Positions 49,755 to 60,649 are shown, counted from the stretch's first letter. The stretch: 64,000 bases of DNA from Nitrospinales bacterium (GCA_965223345.1 CBDCWG010000012.1:2464001-2528000), one strand, 5' to 3'. The notes: a model not told the origin generated them from the sequence alone. Program-made: numbers and translations.

Positions 49755-50630
49755 ATGTCCGCCCTGAACCATCTGGAAAAAATCGTGCTTTCTCATTCCG
49801 GTAAAAACAGAGACGCCGCCCGGACCGCCATCATGGGCATCATCAACCTGTCGCAGGATTCCTTCTACGGCAAAAGCCGCGCCGCCACGGTGCAGGACGC
49901 TGTGAAGCAGGCGGAACTTTTTGTGGAAGAGGGCGCTGCGATGCTGGACATCGGCGCCGAGAGCACGCGGCCGGGTTCGCGTCCGGTGTCCGAGGATCTG
50001 GAAGCGCAGCGGCTGATCCCGGTGGTCGCGCAAATCCGCAAACGGTTCGCTTCGGTGCCGCTGTCGGTGGACACCTACAAGCCTTCGGTGGCCGAGCAGG
50101 TGTTGTCCGAAGGGGCGACTATCATCAACGACGTCACCGGGCTGCAAAAGCACTCCGCCATGGCGGGTATCATCGGCCGGTTCAAGGCGGGCGTCATCCT
50201 GATGCACATGCAGGGAACGCCGCGCACGATGCAGGAAAACCCGAAGTACGAGGACCTGATCCGCGACATCATCGCCTACCTTGAAAAAAGCGTGCGCATC
50301 GCCGAGAATGCGGGCATCGCGCCGGATCGCATCTGGGTGGATCCGGGCATCGGTTTCGGCAAGCTGCCCGCGCACAACCTTGAAATCATCCGCAGGCTGG
50401 GCGACCTTGCGGTGCTCAAGCGGCCGATCCTGGTGGGGGTGTCGCGCAAATCCTTCATCGGTAAGGTTCTCGATCTCGCCGTGGACGAGCGGCTGGAAGG
50501 ATCGCTGGCGGCGGCGGTGGTGGCGGTGATGAACGGGGCGGCGGTGATCCGCACGCACGACGTCGCGGCGACGTACCGGGCGGTGAAGATGGCTCAGGCC
50601 ATTCTTAGAATCGAGGAAGGAGTGTCATGA
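49755..50630 (+). CDS. folP: Dihydropteroate synthase
   Basis: MGIINLSQDSF, DIGAESTRPG, DPGIGFGK, SRKSF, IRTHDV. Confidence 0.96.
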   Translation: MSALNHLEKIVLSHSGKNRDAARTAIMGIINLSQDSFYGKSRAATVQDAVKQAELFVEEGAAMLDIGAESTRPGSRPVSEDLEAQRLIPVVAQIRKRFASVPLSVDTYKPSVAEQVLSEGATIINDVTGLQKHSAMAGIIGRFKAGVILMHMQGTPRTMQENPKYEDLIRDIIAYLEKSVRIAENAGIAPDRIWVDPGIGFGKLPAHNLEIIRRLGDLAVLKRPILVGVSRKSFIGKVLDLAVDERLEGSLAAAVVAVMNGAAVIRTHDVAATYRAVKMAQAILRIEEGVS

Positions 50631-51367
50631 CACGTTTGTTCGTCAATGTGGACCATGTGGCCACGATCCGGGAAGCCCGGAAAACCACGGAACCGGACCC
50701 GGTGCAGGCGGCGCTGCTGGCGGAAAAAGCCGGTGCGGACGGCATCACCGTTCATCTGCGGGAAGACCGGCGGCACATTCAGGACCACGATCTCACACGC
50801 ATCGCCAAGGCGATCCGCACGCCGCTCAACCTGGAGATGGCGCCTGTGGAAGAGATGGTGCGCATCGCGCTCGAGGTGCGGCCTTATCAGGTGTCGCTGG
50901 TGCCGGAAAAACGCCAGGAGATCACCACCGAGGGAGGGCTGGATGTGCGCTCCAGCGAAACCCGGCTTGCTGAAATGCGCGGGCGCATGAAAGCGGCGGG
51001 CATCCGCTTCAGCCTGTTCGTGGACCCGGAGCCGGAACAGATCCGCGCCTGTCAGCGCATCGGTGCGGACAGCATCGAGATCAACACCGGGCCCTATTCG
51101 GAGTTGCAGACAGACGCGCAGGTCGCGGAGGAGATCAAACGCATTCAGGACGCCGCCGCGTTGGCGTCGCAGCTCGGCCTTCAGGTGTTCGCGGGTCACG
51201 GGTTGAACCCGGAGAACGTGCGCGCCATCGCCGCGATCGCCGAGATCGAGGAACTCAATATCGGGCACAACCTGGTGGCGCGTTCGGTCTATCTGGGTAT
51301 GGAACGGGCGGTTCAGGAAATGATACGGTCGATCGCGCAGGGAGAAAGCGCTGTGGTGAAAGGGTGA
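50627..51367 (+). CDS. pdxJ: Pyridoxine 5'-phosphate synthase
   Basis: VNVDHVATIR, HLREDRRHI, TTEGGLD, AGHGL, ELNIGH. Confidence 0.97.
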   Translation: MTRLFVNVDHVATIREARKTTEPDPVQAALLAEKAGADGITVHLREDRRHIQDHDLTRIAKAIRTPLNLEMAPVEEMVRIALEVRPYQVSLVPEKRQEITTEGGLDVRSSETRLAEMRGRMKAAGIRFSLFVDPEPEQIRACQRIGADSIEINTGPYSELQTDAQVAEEIKRIQDAAALASQLGLQVFAGHGLNPENVRAIAAIAEIEELNIGHNLVARSVYLGMERAVQEMIRSIAQGESAVVKG

Positions 51368-51459
51368 TACAGGTTTCACTTATTTTATCGATCCAACTTG
51401 CAACTTTTGCGGTATAATCTTTTCTCAATTCCCATCTCATTGTCTGGAAACGATTTATA

Positions 51460-52242
51460 ATGCACAAGGGGCGCAAGAACTCCAACCTCGCGGAAGAAAA
51501 CATCGCTGCGCGCGAAAAAGGTCTGCTGACGGTGCGCGAATTCGAACGGGTCGCGCAGACCTTCAAAACCGTTCTGCTCTATAAAGAAGAGATCGGCAAA
51601 GCTCTGGAAGAAGAGCGCGATGCGCTGCGTCACAAATTGCGGCAGAACTCAGCCAACCTGGAAACTTTGGACCGCAACATCGAAATCTACAACCAGAACA
51701 GTGAAAAAGTGCGCGCCAATCTGGAACGGTTGGACAAACAGGAATTGCGCCTGCGCGAGGAATACGAAAAACTGCTGCGCGGCCCGAGGCTCGATGGGGA
51801 AGAATCGCTGCACGCGCGCAATGCGCTGGACCGGGAAACGCTGTTGTCGCGCCGGGACGTGCTGATCGACAATCTGAAGAAAAAATTCGACAAGCTCGAT
51901 GAAGAACTGCTGACGCTGGAAAACCTGCGCAAGGAACTGGGGCGCGCCAGCGAGGAAATCGCGGTCAAGAAGATCGAAGCCATCAAACGGAAAGACGTGC
52001 TGGAGGAGATCAACAAGAAGATTTTCGAGGACGTCCGCCGGGTGGAAAAGGAGCTGGACACGACGGTGCAGGAAGAGTCCGTGCTGGTGGAGCAGTTCCA
52101 GAAAATGGTGGCCAGCGTCGAGCGCTGCCTGGAGATGGACGACAGGACCGACCACGTCTTGTTTTCGTCTTTGACCGCGGCGCAGACGGCGGTGTCCGGG
52201 AACAACCACAACGCCAAAGCGGCTTCGATGGAGCAGGATTGA
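51460..52242 (+). CDS. Coiled-coil hypothetical protein
   Basis: 260-aa E/K/L/R-rich helical ORF. Confidence 0.7.
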   Translation: MHKGRKNSNLAEENIAAREKGLLTVREFERVAQTFKTVLLYKEEIGKALEEERDALRHKLRQNSANLETLDRNIEIYNQNSEKVRANLERLDKQELRLREEYEKLLRGPRLDGEESLHARNALDRETLLSRRDVLIDNLKKKFDKLDEELLTLENLRKELGRASEEIAVKKIEAIKRKDVLEEINKKIFEDVRRVEKELDTTVQEESVLVEQFQKMVASVERCLEMDDRTDHVLFSSLTAAQTAVSGNNHNAKAASMEQD

Positions 52243-52532
52243 CGGTGTTTTTCATGCCCTGTGCAGGAAAAGGTTCCTGTTGACTTGAATTTATAAATTT
52301 TGCATAATCGGACGAAATTCCGCACCGAGGGGGCGGTTTGAGAGCCCCTGTTCCTTGAGGATACCTTGAGCGTATCCTTTTTTTTGATCGTAATTATTTG
52401 AAACGTAAGGATTTTTAGTATCCCCCATCCCGGGATCGATCCGCAATCACCGGACCCCGTTTTCTATTCTTCTCTCAGGGAAAAGCTCACGCGTATGGAA
52501 GGGGTGCCGTCCGGGCAGTGGAGGTTGACTGC

Positions 52533-53549
52533 ATGTCAGTGAAAATAGCTATCAACGGCTTTGGAAGGATAGGAAGGAATGTCCTGCGCGCGCTTTTGCA
52601 GGATGAAGAGTGCAAGGACATCGAAGTGGTGGCCATCAACGATTTGACGGACGCTGCGACGCTCGCTCACCTGTTCAAATACGATTCCGTGCAGGGACTC
52701 AACCCCGCACAGGTCGAAGCGGGGGACAACAGCCTGATCGTCAACGGGAAACCCGTGAAGATCCTGTCCGAGCGGGACCCGGAAGCGCTGCCCTGGAAAG
52801 AAATGGGTGTGGACATCGTGGTGGAGTGCACCGGTTTTTTCACCAAGCGCGACGGGGCGAGCAAGCACCTCAAGGCGGGCGCCAAAAAAGTGGTGATTTC
52901 CGCCCCCGCCACGGACCCGGATGTGACGCTGGTGCTCGGGGTGAACGAGGGCTCGTACGACAAGAGCAAGCATCAGATTATTTCCAACGCCTCCTGCACC
53001 ACCAACTGCCTGGCTCCGGTGGCGAAAACACTGCAGGAGAAGCTCGGGATCAAGCGCGGGCTCATGACCACCATCCACTCCTACACCAACGACCAGAAAA
53101 TTCTGGATCTGCCGCACAAGGATCTGAGGCGCGCGCGCGCCGCGGGCGTGTCGATGATTCCGACGACGACGGGCGCGGCGAAAGCGGTTTCGCTGGTGCT
53201 GCCGGCGCTCAAGGGCAAGCTGGACGGCATGGCCATCCGCGTTCCCACGCCGAACGTTTCGCTGGTGGATTTTGTCGCGGAAGTGGAGAAAGACACCACG
53301 GCGGAGGAAGTCAACGAACTTTTGAAGCAGGCCGGGCGGGACGGCGCGGAAAACGTCGTGCGGGTGGAAGAGCATCCGCTGGTTTCCGTGGATTTCAACG
53401 GCGACCCGACCTCCTCGATCGTGGACGGTCCTTCGACCAAGGTGATGGACAAGCGTATGGTGAAGGTGCTGGCCTGGTACGACAACGAGTGGGGCTATTC
53501 GAGCCGGGTGAAGGATCTGTTGAAGTTTCTGCGCGATCAGGGATTGTGA
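52533..53549 (+). CDS. gap: Type I glyceraldehyde-3-phosphate dehydrogenase
   Basis: [29 protein letters not shown]. Confidence 0.98.
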   Translation: MSVKIAINGFGRIGRNVLRALLQDEECKDIEVVAINDLTDAATLAHLFKYDSVQGLNPAQVEAGDNSLIVNGKPVKILSERDPEALPWKEMGVDIVVECTGFFTKRDGASKHLKAGAKKVVISAPATDPDVTLVLGVNEGSYDKSKHQIISNASCTTNCLAPVAKTLQEKLGIKRGLMTTIHSYTNDQKILDLPHKDLRRARAAGVSMIPTTTGAAKAVSLVLPALKGKLDGMAIRVPTPNVSLVDFVAEVEKDTTAEEVNELLKQAGRDGAENVVRVEEHPLVSVDFNGDPTSSIVDGPSTKVMDKRMVKVLAWYDNEWGYSSRVKDLLKFLRDQGL

Positions 53550-53555
53550 GAATCG

Positions 53556-54305
53556 ATGCGACGGCCGATCATTGCGGGAAACTGGAAGATGAACATGCTG
53601 CTTCCAGAGGCCGAAGCCCTCGCCGACGCGCTGGTGCGGGACTCCGCGCCGTCTGTGGACATCGTCCTGGCGCCGCCGTTCACGGCTTTGAGCCGGGTTT
53701 GCGGGCGGGTTGAAGGCTCGCCCATTGAAATTGCAGGACAAAACATTTATTTTGAGCCGAAAGGTGCGTATACTGGTGAGATTTCGGCTGCCATGCTCAA
53801 GGATGCGGGCTGCCGGTACGTGATTCTCGGGCATTCGGAACGCAGAACGCTGTTTCACGAAGACGACGCGCTGATCAACAAAAAGATCCACGCCGCTCTC
53901 GAATGCGGTCTGAAGGTCATCTTCTGTGTTGGCGAAACCCTTCAGCAGCGCGAAGCGGACGCGACCCGCAGCGTGGTGGAGGGCCAGCTCAAAAACGGAC
54001 TTCAGGGACTCTCGCCGGAGGCGATGGCGTCCCTGGTGATCGCGTATGAGCCCGTCTGGGCCATCGGCACCGGCCGCACCGCGACGCCGGAACAGGCGCA
54101 GGAGGTACACCGCTTCACCCGCGAGTTTGTTGGGGCGGCATTCGGGGAAAAGACGGCCGAGGCCATCCGCATTCAGTACGGGGGCAGCGTGACGCCCGAC
54201 AACAGCGCGAGCCTTCTCAAGCAGAAGGACATCGACGGGGCGCTGGTCGGGTCGGCCAGCCTCAAGGCGGCGTCGTTTCAACAAATCATTCAGTCGGCCC
54301 AATGA
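53556..54305 (+). CDS. tpiA: Triose-phosphate isomerase
   Basis: AGNWKMN, GHSERR, AYEPVWAIGTG, YGGSV. Confidence 0.98.
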   Translation: MRRPIIAGNWKMNMLLPEAEALADALVRDSAPSVDIVLAPPFTALSRVCGRVEGSPIEIAGQNIYFEPKGAYTGEISAAMLKDAGCRYVILGHSERRTLFHEDDALINKKIHAALECGLKVIFCVGETLQQREADATRSVVEGQLKNGLQGLSPEAMASLVIAYEPVWAIGTGRTATPEQAQEVHRFTREFVGAAFGEKTAEAIRIQYGGSVTPDNSASLLKQKDIDGALVGSASLKAASFQQIIQSAQ

Positions 54306-54338
54306 GCCTCTTTCAAGAAATGGAGATTCGAAACTAGA

Positions 54339-54665
54339 ATGCTTACCCTTTTGACCGTATTGCATGTGTTGGGCGCTTTTTTACTGATTCTGGTGATCCT
54401 CCTTCAGTCGGGCAAAGGGGCGGCCATGGGCTCCGGTCTGGGAGCGGGCAGCAGCCAGACGATGTTCGGCAGCAGCGGCGCTGGCAACTTCCTCACCAAG
54501 CTGACAACCGGTGTCGCCATCCTGTTCATGGTGACCTCGCTGGCACTGGCGACGCTCTCCACGAAACGGGATTCGAAATCGATCATGCAGGGCGTGGAAG
54601 AACCCGCAGGCAAGCCGGAGTCCAAAACCACGCCCGCACCTCAGGCCGACGACAAACCGGAGTGA
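54339..54665 (+). CDS. secG: Preprotein translocase subunit SecG
   Basis: [30 protein letters not shown]; follows tpiA. Confidence 0.95.
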   Translation: MLTLLTVLHVLGAFLLILVILLQSGKGAAMGSGLGAGSSQTMFGSSGAGNFLTKLTTGVAILFMVTSLALATLSTKRDSKSIMQGVEEPAGKPESKTTPAPQADDKPE

Positions 54666-54680
54666 TGCAAAACCAAGTGT

Positions 54681-54762
54681 GCCGATGTGGTGGAACTGGT
54701 AGACACGTGCGCTTGAGGGGCGTATGGAGCGATCCGTGGGAGTTCGAATCTCCCCATCGGCA
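54681..54762 (+). tRNA. tRNA-Leu(GAG)
   Basis: GCCGATG/CATCGGC acceptor stem, TGGTAGAC D-arm, anticodon loop TTGAGGG, variable arm, GTTCGAATC; CCA not encoded. Confidence 0.95.
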
Positions 54763-54897
54763 TTCATCCTCCTTTTCACTGGGGGGCGCTCGTTCGATTC
54801 CGGAAAACCCTGCTCATTCCCGGGGCTGACTCTTGATTCCCTTCCTCCATCATTTCGGCGGTTCCACATCTCAATCCTAGAAAATACGGGCGCGGAT

Positions 54898-55899
54898 ATG
54901 CCAGGCGAAAAAAATTCCTCCACTGAATTTCAGGAACGGATATCGCGAATCCTGCTCGTCTGCATCGAAGGCATGAAAGGGCTCCTCACCAAGGAGGACG
55001 CGCTCTATTCCACCCTGACCAAGCTCGGGGAAGTGGTCAAAAAAGCCACCCGCCCCAAACCCGTCTCTGGTATCGGCAAGGACATCGAGGATTATTACAC
55101 CCGTTTGAAACTGGAATCGAGTTTCCAGGAAACAAAGAACGAAACGGTCAAGCAGATCGTTGTCAACCTCTCCTCGACGGTCAAGGAGCTGATGTCCACC
55201 ACCGGCGATTTCGACGCCAACATGAAGGACTCCATCGAAAAGATCCAGGCGGCGGGGGACATCCAGGACATCCTGGCTCTCAAGGATGCGATTGTGGGAG
55301 AGATCAACCGCGTGCGCGCCGGGTCGCAGTCGATGAAAAAGGAGCTGGAGCAGTTCCGCAAATCGACGCAGAGGCTGTCCACGCGGCTGGAGCAGACCGA
55401 AGCGAAGGCGCTGGTGGACACGCTGACCAATGTGCTCAACCGCAACGCCTACAATCTGAAAATCACGCAGATGATCGTCGAGTTTGCCCGCATGAACGAC
55501 ACCTTCTGCATATTCGTGGTGGACATCGACAATTTCAAGCAGTTCAACGACAACTACGGGCACAAATCCGGAGACCTGGTGCTGCGGTCGGTGGCCTCGG
55601 CGATTCAGAGCAACCTGCGTGCGTCGGACCTGGTGTTCCGCTACGGCGGCGAGGAGTTTGTCATCCTGCTGCAGGGAATCCAGCTGGAGCAGGCGACCCG
55701 GCTGGGAGAAAAAATACGCGGCTGCGTGGAGAAAGAGTATTTCGTGGACAAGGAAACCAAGATCAAAGTCACCGTCAGCGTCGGCGTTGCGCAGGTGATG
55801 GAAGGCGACACCGAGCAATCGCTGTTCGACCGGGCCGACAAGGCGATGTACACGGCCAAGAAGAAGGGAAAAAACCGGGTGGAATACGCCACTCAATGA
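54898..55899 (+). CDS. Diguanylate cyclase
   Basis: DTLT..LNR, DIDNFKQFND.YGH, RASD I-site, YGGEEF. Confidence 0.93.
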   Translation: MPGEKNSSTEFQERISRILLVCIEGMKGLLTKEDALYSTLTKLGEVVKKATRPKPVSGIGKDIEDYYTRLKLESSFQETKNETVKQIVVNLSSTVKELMSTTGDFDANMKDSIEKIQAAGDIQDILALKDAIVGEINRVRAGSQSMKKELEQFRKSTQRLSTRLEQTEAKALVDTLTNVLNRNAYNLKITQMIVEFARMNDTFCIFVVDIDNFKQFNDNYGHKSGDLVLRSVASAIQSNLRASDLVFRYGGEEFVILLQGIQLEQATRLGEKIRGCVEKEYFVDKETKIKVTVSVGVAQVMEGDTEQSLFDRADKAMYTAKKKGKNRVEYATQ

Positions 55900-55917
55900 T
55901 CCGGGACGTGATCGCTC

Positions 55918-56307
55918 ATGACTTCTGAAACAGAGAACAGCGCAAAGGAACAGGTACTGCGTCGCAGTAAGGCGTGGATCGAAAGCTTCAACCGCTCGGA
56001 TGTGGACGCCTGTGTCGCGGCCTATCAGGCGGATGCGGTGATGAACGCCAAGCCGCTGGGCACGTTCACCGGGCACGAGGAGATCGACGCGTTCTGGCGG
56101 CCGTTCATGCAGTCCGGAGCGGGCGGTCTCAAATACAGCGACGTGAAACTTGCCGCGATCGATGCGGACACGGTGCACCTTTCGGCAAACTGGTCGATGA
56201 ACGTGGGACGCGGCGTCATCACTCTGGAAAAATGGGTCCGGCAGCCCGATGGCGTCTGGCTGCTCGCCCATGATGATTTTGAAATCCAGGAACGATTCGA
56301 AAGCTAG
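55918..56307 (+). CDS. NTF2/SnoaL-like (DUF4440) protein
   Basis: FNRSDVDACVAAY..GHEEIDAFW..WVRQPDGVW pattern. Confidence 0.75.
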   Translation: MTSETENSAKEQVLRRSKAWIESFNRSDVDACVAAYQADAVMNAKPLGTFTGHEEIDAFWRPFMQSGAGGLKYSDVKLAAIDADTVHLSANWSMNVGRGVITLEKWVRQPDGVWLLAHDDFEIQERFES

Positions 56308-56382
56308 CGGCGTTATTCATTTCGCGCCACACTGCAAAACCGAACGGAGAGCGCCAACCCGTTCACGGCGTTTCCTTGTCCC

Positions 56383-56739
56383 ATGCAGGCAACCACACTA
56401 GAAGGATTGTTTTTTAACCCGCGCTTCATTTCGGTCTTCGCAGTGATCCTCATCACGATCGGCAACGTCATGGTCGGGGTGAGCATGCTGCCGCGCGACA
56501 AACGAAAAGTCCGCTACCGGCTGCACAAAAACATTTATTTCCTCGTTCTCGCCTGTTTCGCGGTGCATCTGGGGTTCAACCACGTCGCCGGCCGCAACAC
56601 CTGGCTTCATTACGCGATTTTCCTGTATTTTCTTTTCGTGATTCCCCTCAGCCCCCGTTCCAACGAAACCCTGCACGCGATTCTCGCCTCGGTGGGGTTG
56701 GTGCTAATCACCGCATTGGCCGCCTTCAACCTGGGTTGA
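56383..56739 (+). CDS. Small four-TM membrane protein
   Basis: Hydrophobic helices each near a His (LHK, VHL, LHY, LHA). Confidence 0.6.
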   Translation: MQATTLEGLFFNPRFISVFAVILITIGNVMVGVSMLPRDKRKVRYRLHKNIYFLVLACFAVHLGFNHVAGRNTWLHYAIFLYFLFVIPLSPRSNETLHAILASVGLVLITALAAFNLG

Positions 56740-56886
56740 AACTGTCGTTAAAATAAGTGTATATATATCAGTATCTTAATGGATATCTGCTGCGCGAAAC
56801 TGCAATGAAAAATCGGGCTTCGAGCGATTGCGGCGGTGCGGAGGAGTGTGGTTTAATGAGGTGGATGAATCACAAAAAAGAGAGTC

Positions 56887-58233
56887 ATGGAACCGTTTGA
56901 CGTTGTTGTGCTGGGAGGGGGGCTCGCCGGTGTCTCCGCCGCTTTGCGGGCGGCGGATCTCAACGGCAGGGTGTGCCTGATCGAGAAGGAACGGATCGGC
57001 GGCAGCTATCTCAAAAGGGGGCTGTACCGCCAGCAGCGCGCCCTGCACCTCGCGCACAATCCCAACGGCGCCTCTGAGCTTCCAGAAAACGGCGGGTTCA
57101 CCCGGTCGATCGAAGGCGCCGAAGCGGTGTCGGTAAGCTGGCTGAAAGCGCTTGCGGATCAGGGCGTGCAGGTCGAAATGGGCGAGGGCGTCGTGACCGG
57201 CCCCGGTACGGTTCGCGTGACCAGGCAGGATCGGGAACTTGCCCTCGAAACGCGCACGATCATTCTCGCCACCGGATCGGCGGCGGTGGCGCCCACCACG
57301 ATTCCGTTTGAAAAAGACCGCATCCTCGCTCCCGACGAGGTGTTCGGGCTCACGCAGATTCCCTCCCAGGTTCTGATTCTGGGGGCGGGACGCGAGGGCT
57401 GCGAGCTGGCGACGCTGTTCAACCGCCAGGGCAGCCGCACTTTTTTGTGCGACGAGCGCCCGCGCCTGCTGCCGGACAGCGATCCGGAACTGGGCGAGGT
57501 GATCGAGCAGGAGATGAAGCGAAAAAAGATCAAGCTGCTGCTGGGAAAAAAGGTGGTGTCGATATTTAAAACCGAAAGCGGGATCGATGTGTCCCTGGAA
57601 GGCGGCGTGAAGTTTTCCGTCAACCAGATCGTGATCGCCGGCCGCCGCAAAGCCCACACCGGGTGCCTGTCCGCCAACGCGCTGGGTGTGCGTCTGGGAG
57701 AATTCGGCGAGGTGCTGGTGAACGAGTCGATGGAAACCTCGGCCGCGGGAATTTTCGCGGTCGGCAGCGTCACCGGCCGGGCCGCCAACGTGAGTTTTAC
57801 GGAAGAGGCGGCGCGGGTGGCGGCGGGCAACGCCATGGGAAAAAAATGCACGTTCGATGCGGACTGGGTGCCCGAAATCCTGTTCACCGAACCGCAGGTG
57901 GCCAGTGTGGGCTGTTTTGCGGCCCAGGCTCACCATAAAGGATACCGGGCGGTGGAAGGCCGCTGCGATTACCGGGATACCGATCACGCGCGGATCCACG
58001 GCGGCGGGGGCGGTTTTTTCAAAATCGCCGTGGACCGGGTTTCCCGAAAAGTCATCGGCGCACAGATGGTCGCGCCTCAGGCTTCCGAGTTTATGCCCTT
58101 GATATTGTTAATGATAAGAAAGGGCATGGCGGTCACCGCCTTGACCGGGCTTTCCTGTTCGCCCACCGGCCAGTTTCGGGGCATTCGCGAGGCCGCGCGG
58201 GACTGCGTCCGGACGTTGAAATCACAAGGCTGA
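56887..58233 (+). CDS. Dihydrolipoamide-dehydrogenase-like flavoprotein lacking the redox disulfide
   Basis: GGGLAG FAD motif, IILATGS, FTEPQVASVG dimerisation domain; GGSYLKRGL replaces GGTCLNxGC. Confidence 0.8.
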   Translation: MEPFDVVVLGGGLAGVSAALRAADLNGRVCLIEKERIGGSYLKRGLYRQQRALHLAHNPNGASELPENGGFTRSIEGAEAVSVSWLKALADQGVQVEMGEGVVTGPGTVRVTRQDRELALETRTIILATGSAAVAPTTIPFEKDRILAPDEVFGLTQIPSQVLILGAGREGCELATLFNRQGSRTFLCDERPRLLPDSDPELGEVIEQEMKRKKIKLLLGKKVVSIFKTESGIDVSLEGGVKFSVNQIVIAGRRKAHTGCLSANALGVRLGEFGEVLVNESMETSAAGIFAVGSVTGRAANVSFTEEAARVAAGNAMGKKCTFDADWVPEILFTEPQVASVGCFAAQAHHKGYRAVEGRCDYRDTDHARIHGGGGGFFKIAVDRVSRKVIGAQMVAPQASEFMPLILLMIRKGMAVTALTGLSCSPTGQFRGIREAARDCVRTLKSQG

Positions 58234-58369
58234 AAGGGGAAAATTCGAATCGACATCCGGTCTTGACTCGATTTTTCAATTGTGCTAAAAACCAACTCTT
58301 TGAATAAAAATGCTACGGGTGGGTTGCTGCGCGGACTCATCCCATTTTATTGATAAATTAAGGTTTAAA

Positions 58370-58924
58370 ATGGCTGAAGCGAAAGAGACCGCAAAAGCGA
58401 AACCAGCCAAGTCCAAAGACAAGAAAAACGAGCCGGTTGACAACCTTTGGTCGCGCCGCGATTTCTTTTCCCTGGCAGGCTGGGCGAGTTTCCTGGCAGC
58501 TTTCGGGCTGTCCAATTTATATTTTGTGCGCCTTCTTTTTCCACGCGTCCTGTTCGAACCTTCTCCCATTTTCAAGGCCGGCAATCCCGAGGATTACACG
58601 GTGGGGGAGGTGAGCACCAAATGGGTTAAGGATCAGCGTGTGTGGATCGTGCGGGATACGGAAGGCATCTATGCGATTTTTGCGCTCTGCACCCATTTAG
58701 GCTGCACACCCCGCTGGCTGAAGACGGAAAGCAAGTACAAGTGTCCCTGTCACGGCAGTGGATTCACGAAAGAGGGGATCCACTTTGAGGGACCGGCTCC
58801 GCGCCCCCTCGAGCGGTTGAAGATCAGTCTCGACCCCAACGGCCAGATCGAAATCGATAAAAGTAAAAAATTCCTGTATGAAAAAGACGAATGGGGCAAG
58901 CCGGGCGCCAAGCTGATGGTCTGA
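58370..58924 (+). CDS. Rieske iron-sulfur subunit of a Rieske/cytochrome b complex
   Basis: Tat-like SRRDFF, CTHLGC, CPCHGS, GPAPRPL. Confidence 0.95.
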   Translation: MAEAKETAKAKPAKSKDKKNEPVDNLWSRRDFFSLAGWASFLAAFGLSNLYFVRLLFPRVLFEPSPIFKAGNPEDYTVGEVSTKWVKDQRVWIVRDTEGIYAIFALCTHLGCTPRWLKTESKYKCPCHGSGFTKEGIHFEGPAPRPLERLKISLDPNGQIEIDKSKKFLYEKDEWGKPGAKLMV

Positions 58925-59009
58925 TCCGGTTGTTTTGTCTGGAAAGTCCCCGGACGATTTTTATACACTAGTTTCCCGATCACAGACTCCCCATAGGAGG
59001 ATTTGAGTT

Positions 59010-59843
59010 TTGGCTTCGAAAACACCAGAAATTCCCAACCTCGCCGAATTGATGCAGAAGATCAAAAGCGGCAAGATTTTCGGGGAAATCGCCGATGAGA
59101 TCAAGCGGTCGCAGGTCTGGACGTCCACGTTCCGGCACGGTTACGCGGACACGCCCCGCAACCGCGTGCTGCAGATCGCCAGCAACGTCTGGCTGCACCT
59201 GCATCCTGTCAAAATCCACCGGCATGCGCTCCGGATCAAATTCACCTGGTGCATGGGCGGCATCACGTTTTTGCTGTTTTTGTCCACCGTGGTCACCGGC
59301 GTGATCCTGATGTTCTACTACCGGCCGGTTGGGGAATACGCGTATTTCGATATGAAATACCTGCAGTACGACGTTCCGTTCGGGATGCTCATGCGCAACA
59401 TGCACCGCTGGGCGGCGCACGCGATGGTGATCACCGTGTGGCTGCACATGTTCCGGGTGTTTCTCACCGGGTCGTACAAGCCGCCGCGCGAGTTCAACTG
59501 GGTCATCGGCGTGTTCCTCGTCACGTTCACCCTGCTGCTGAGTTTCACTGGCTACCTGCTGCCGTGGGACCAGCTGGCCATGTGGGCGGTCACCGTCGGA
59601 ACCAATATGGCGCGCGCCACGCCGTTTCTCGGTCATGAGGGGCCGTTCCAGGAGTTTGTGTTCGGTGTTTCACCCCGGTACGACGCGCGTTCGATACTGC
59701 TCGGGGGAAGTCTGGTCGGACCTCCCGCACTGCTGCGGTTTTACGTGTTGCATTGCATATTCATCCCCCTGGTGGCAGGGGCGCTGATGATCGTGCATTT
59801 CTGGAGAATCCGCAAAGACGGCGGGATCTCGGGTCCGCTTTGA
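59010..59843 (+). CDS. Cytochrome b6-like N-terminal cytochrome b subunit
   Basis: [43 protein letters not shown] end; AGGAGG RBS before TTG. Confidence 0.95.
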   Translation: MASKTPEIPNLAELMQKIKSGKIFGEIADEIKRSQVWTSTFRHGYADTPRNRVLQIASNVWLHLHPVKIHRHALRIKFTWCMGGITFLLFLSTVVTGVILMFYYRPVGEYAYFDMKYLQYDVPFGMLMRNMHRWAAHAMVITVWLHMFRVFLTGSYKPPREFNWVIGVFLVTFTLLLSFTGYLLPWDQLAMWAVTVGTNMARATPFLGHEGPFQEFVFGVSPRYDARSILLGGSLVGPPALLRFYVLHCIFIPLVAGALMIVHFWRIRKDGGISGPL

Positions 59844-59884
59844 TCCGCTGTTTCTGAACCCGTTTCTATTGAAAGGTTTTTTTG

Positions 59885-60649
59885 ATGGCTGAAGTGACGA
59901 CGCCCACACCTCGAAAAAAAGTCGAGAACGTTCCCGAGAAAGTCCACGTCTGGCCCTATCTGGTCCGGATCGAGTTTCTCTGTTCCATCATCGTCATCGT
60001 TCTGCTCGCCGTGTGGTCCATCGTCATCGATGCGCCCCTGGAAGAAGCCGCCAATCCCACCAAAACGCCGAACCCTTCCAAGGCGCCTTGGTACTTCCTG
60101 GGACTGCAGGACATCCTGGTTTATTTCGATCCCTGGTTCGCCGGCGTCATCGCGCCCGTTCTGATCATCGTGGGCCTGATGCTGATTCCCTATCTGGATG
60201 TGAACCCCAAGGGCAACGGGTATTACACCTACCACGAGCGGAAACTGGCGATCTGGGTGTATTGTTTCGGATTTCTGGTTCTGTGGATCGCACTCATCAT
60301 CATGGGCGTGTTCCTGCGCGGGCCGGGCTGGAACCTGTTCATGCCCTGGCAGTACTGGGATCCGCATAAAGTGGTGGCTCTGGTCAGCGTCGATCTGCCG
60401 TATGCGTTCGGGGTGCGTACTTATCTCATGGCGTCCATCGTCGGCGGCATTGTGGTCATCGGTTATTTTGCGGTGGGCACCGCGATTTATTTCTTCATGG
60501 AACGCAAGGCCATCAAGCACGTCGGTTTCACGCGCATGTTCATCAAAATCCAGCTCATGCTGATCATGGTGGGCATCGTCATCAAGATCGTTTTGAGGCT
60601 TGCGTTCAACATCAAGTATATCTGGGTGACCCCCTGGTTCAATGTTTAG
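59885..60649 (+). CDS. Subunit IV-like C-terminal cytochrome b subunit
   Basis: VWPY, APLEEAANP..TPNPSKAPWYFLG, LIPYLD. Confidence 0.9.
   Translation: MAEVTTPTPRKKVENVPEKVHVWPYLVRIEFLCSIIVIVLLAVWSIVIDAPLEEAANPTKTPNPSKAPWYFLGLQDILVYFDPWFAGVIAPVLIIVGLMLIPYLDVNPKGNGYYTYHERKLAIWVYCFGFLVLWIALIIMGVFLRGPGWNLFMPWQYWDPHKVVALVSVDLPYAFGVRTYLMASIVGGIVVIGYFAVGTAIYFFMERKAIKHVGFTRMFIKIQLMLIMVGIVIKIVLRLAFNIKYIWVTPWFNV

Noticed and set aside
54681..56800. Genomic island integrated at tRNA-Leu
   Set aside because: No integrase, no duplicated tRNA 3' end seen, and downstream genes have host-like composition.
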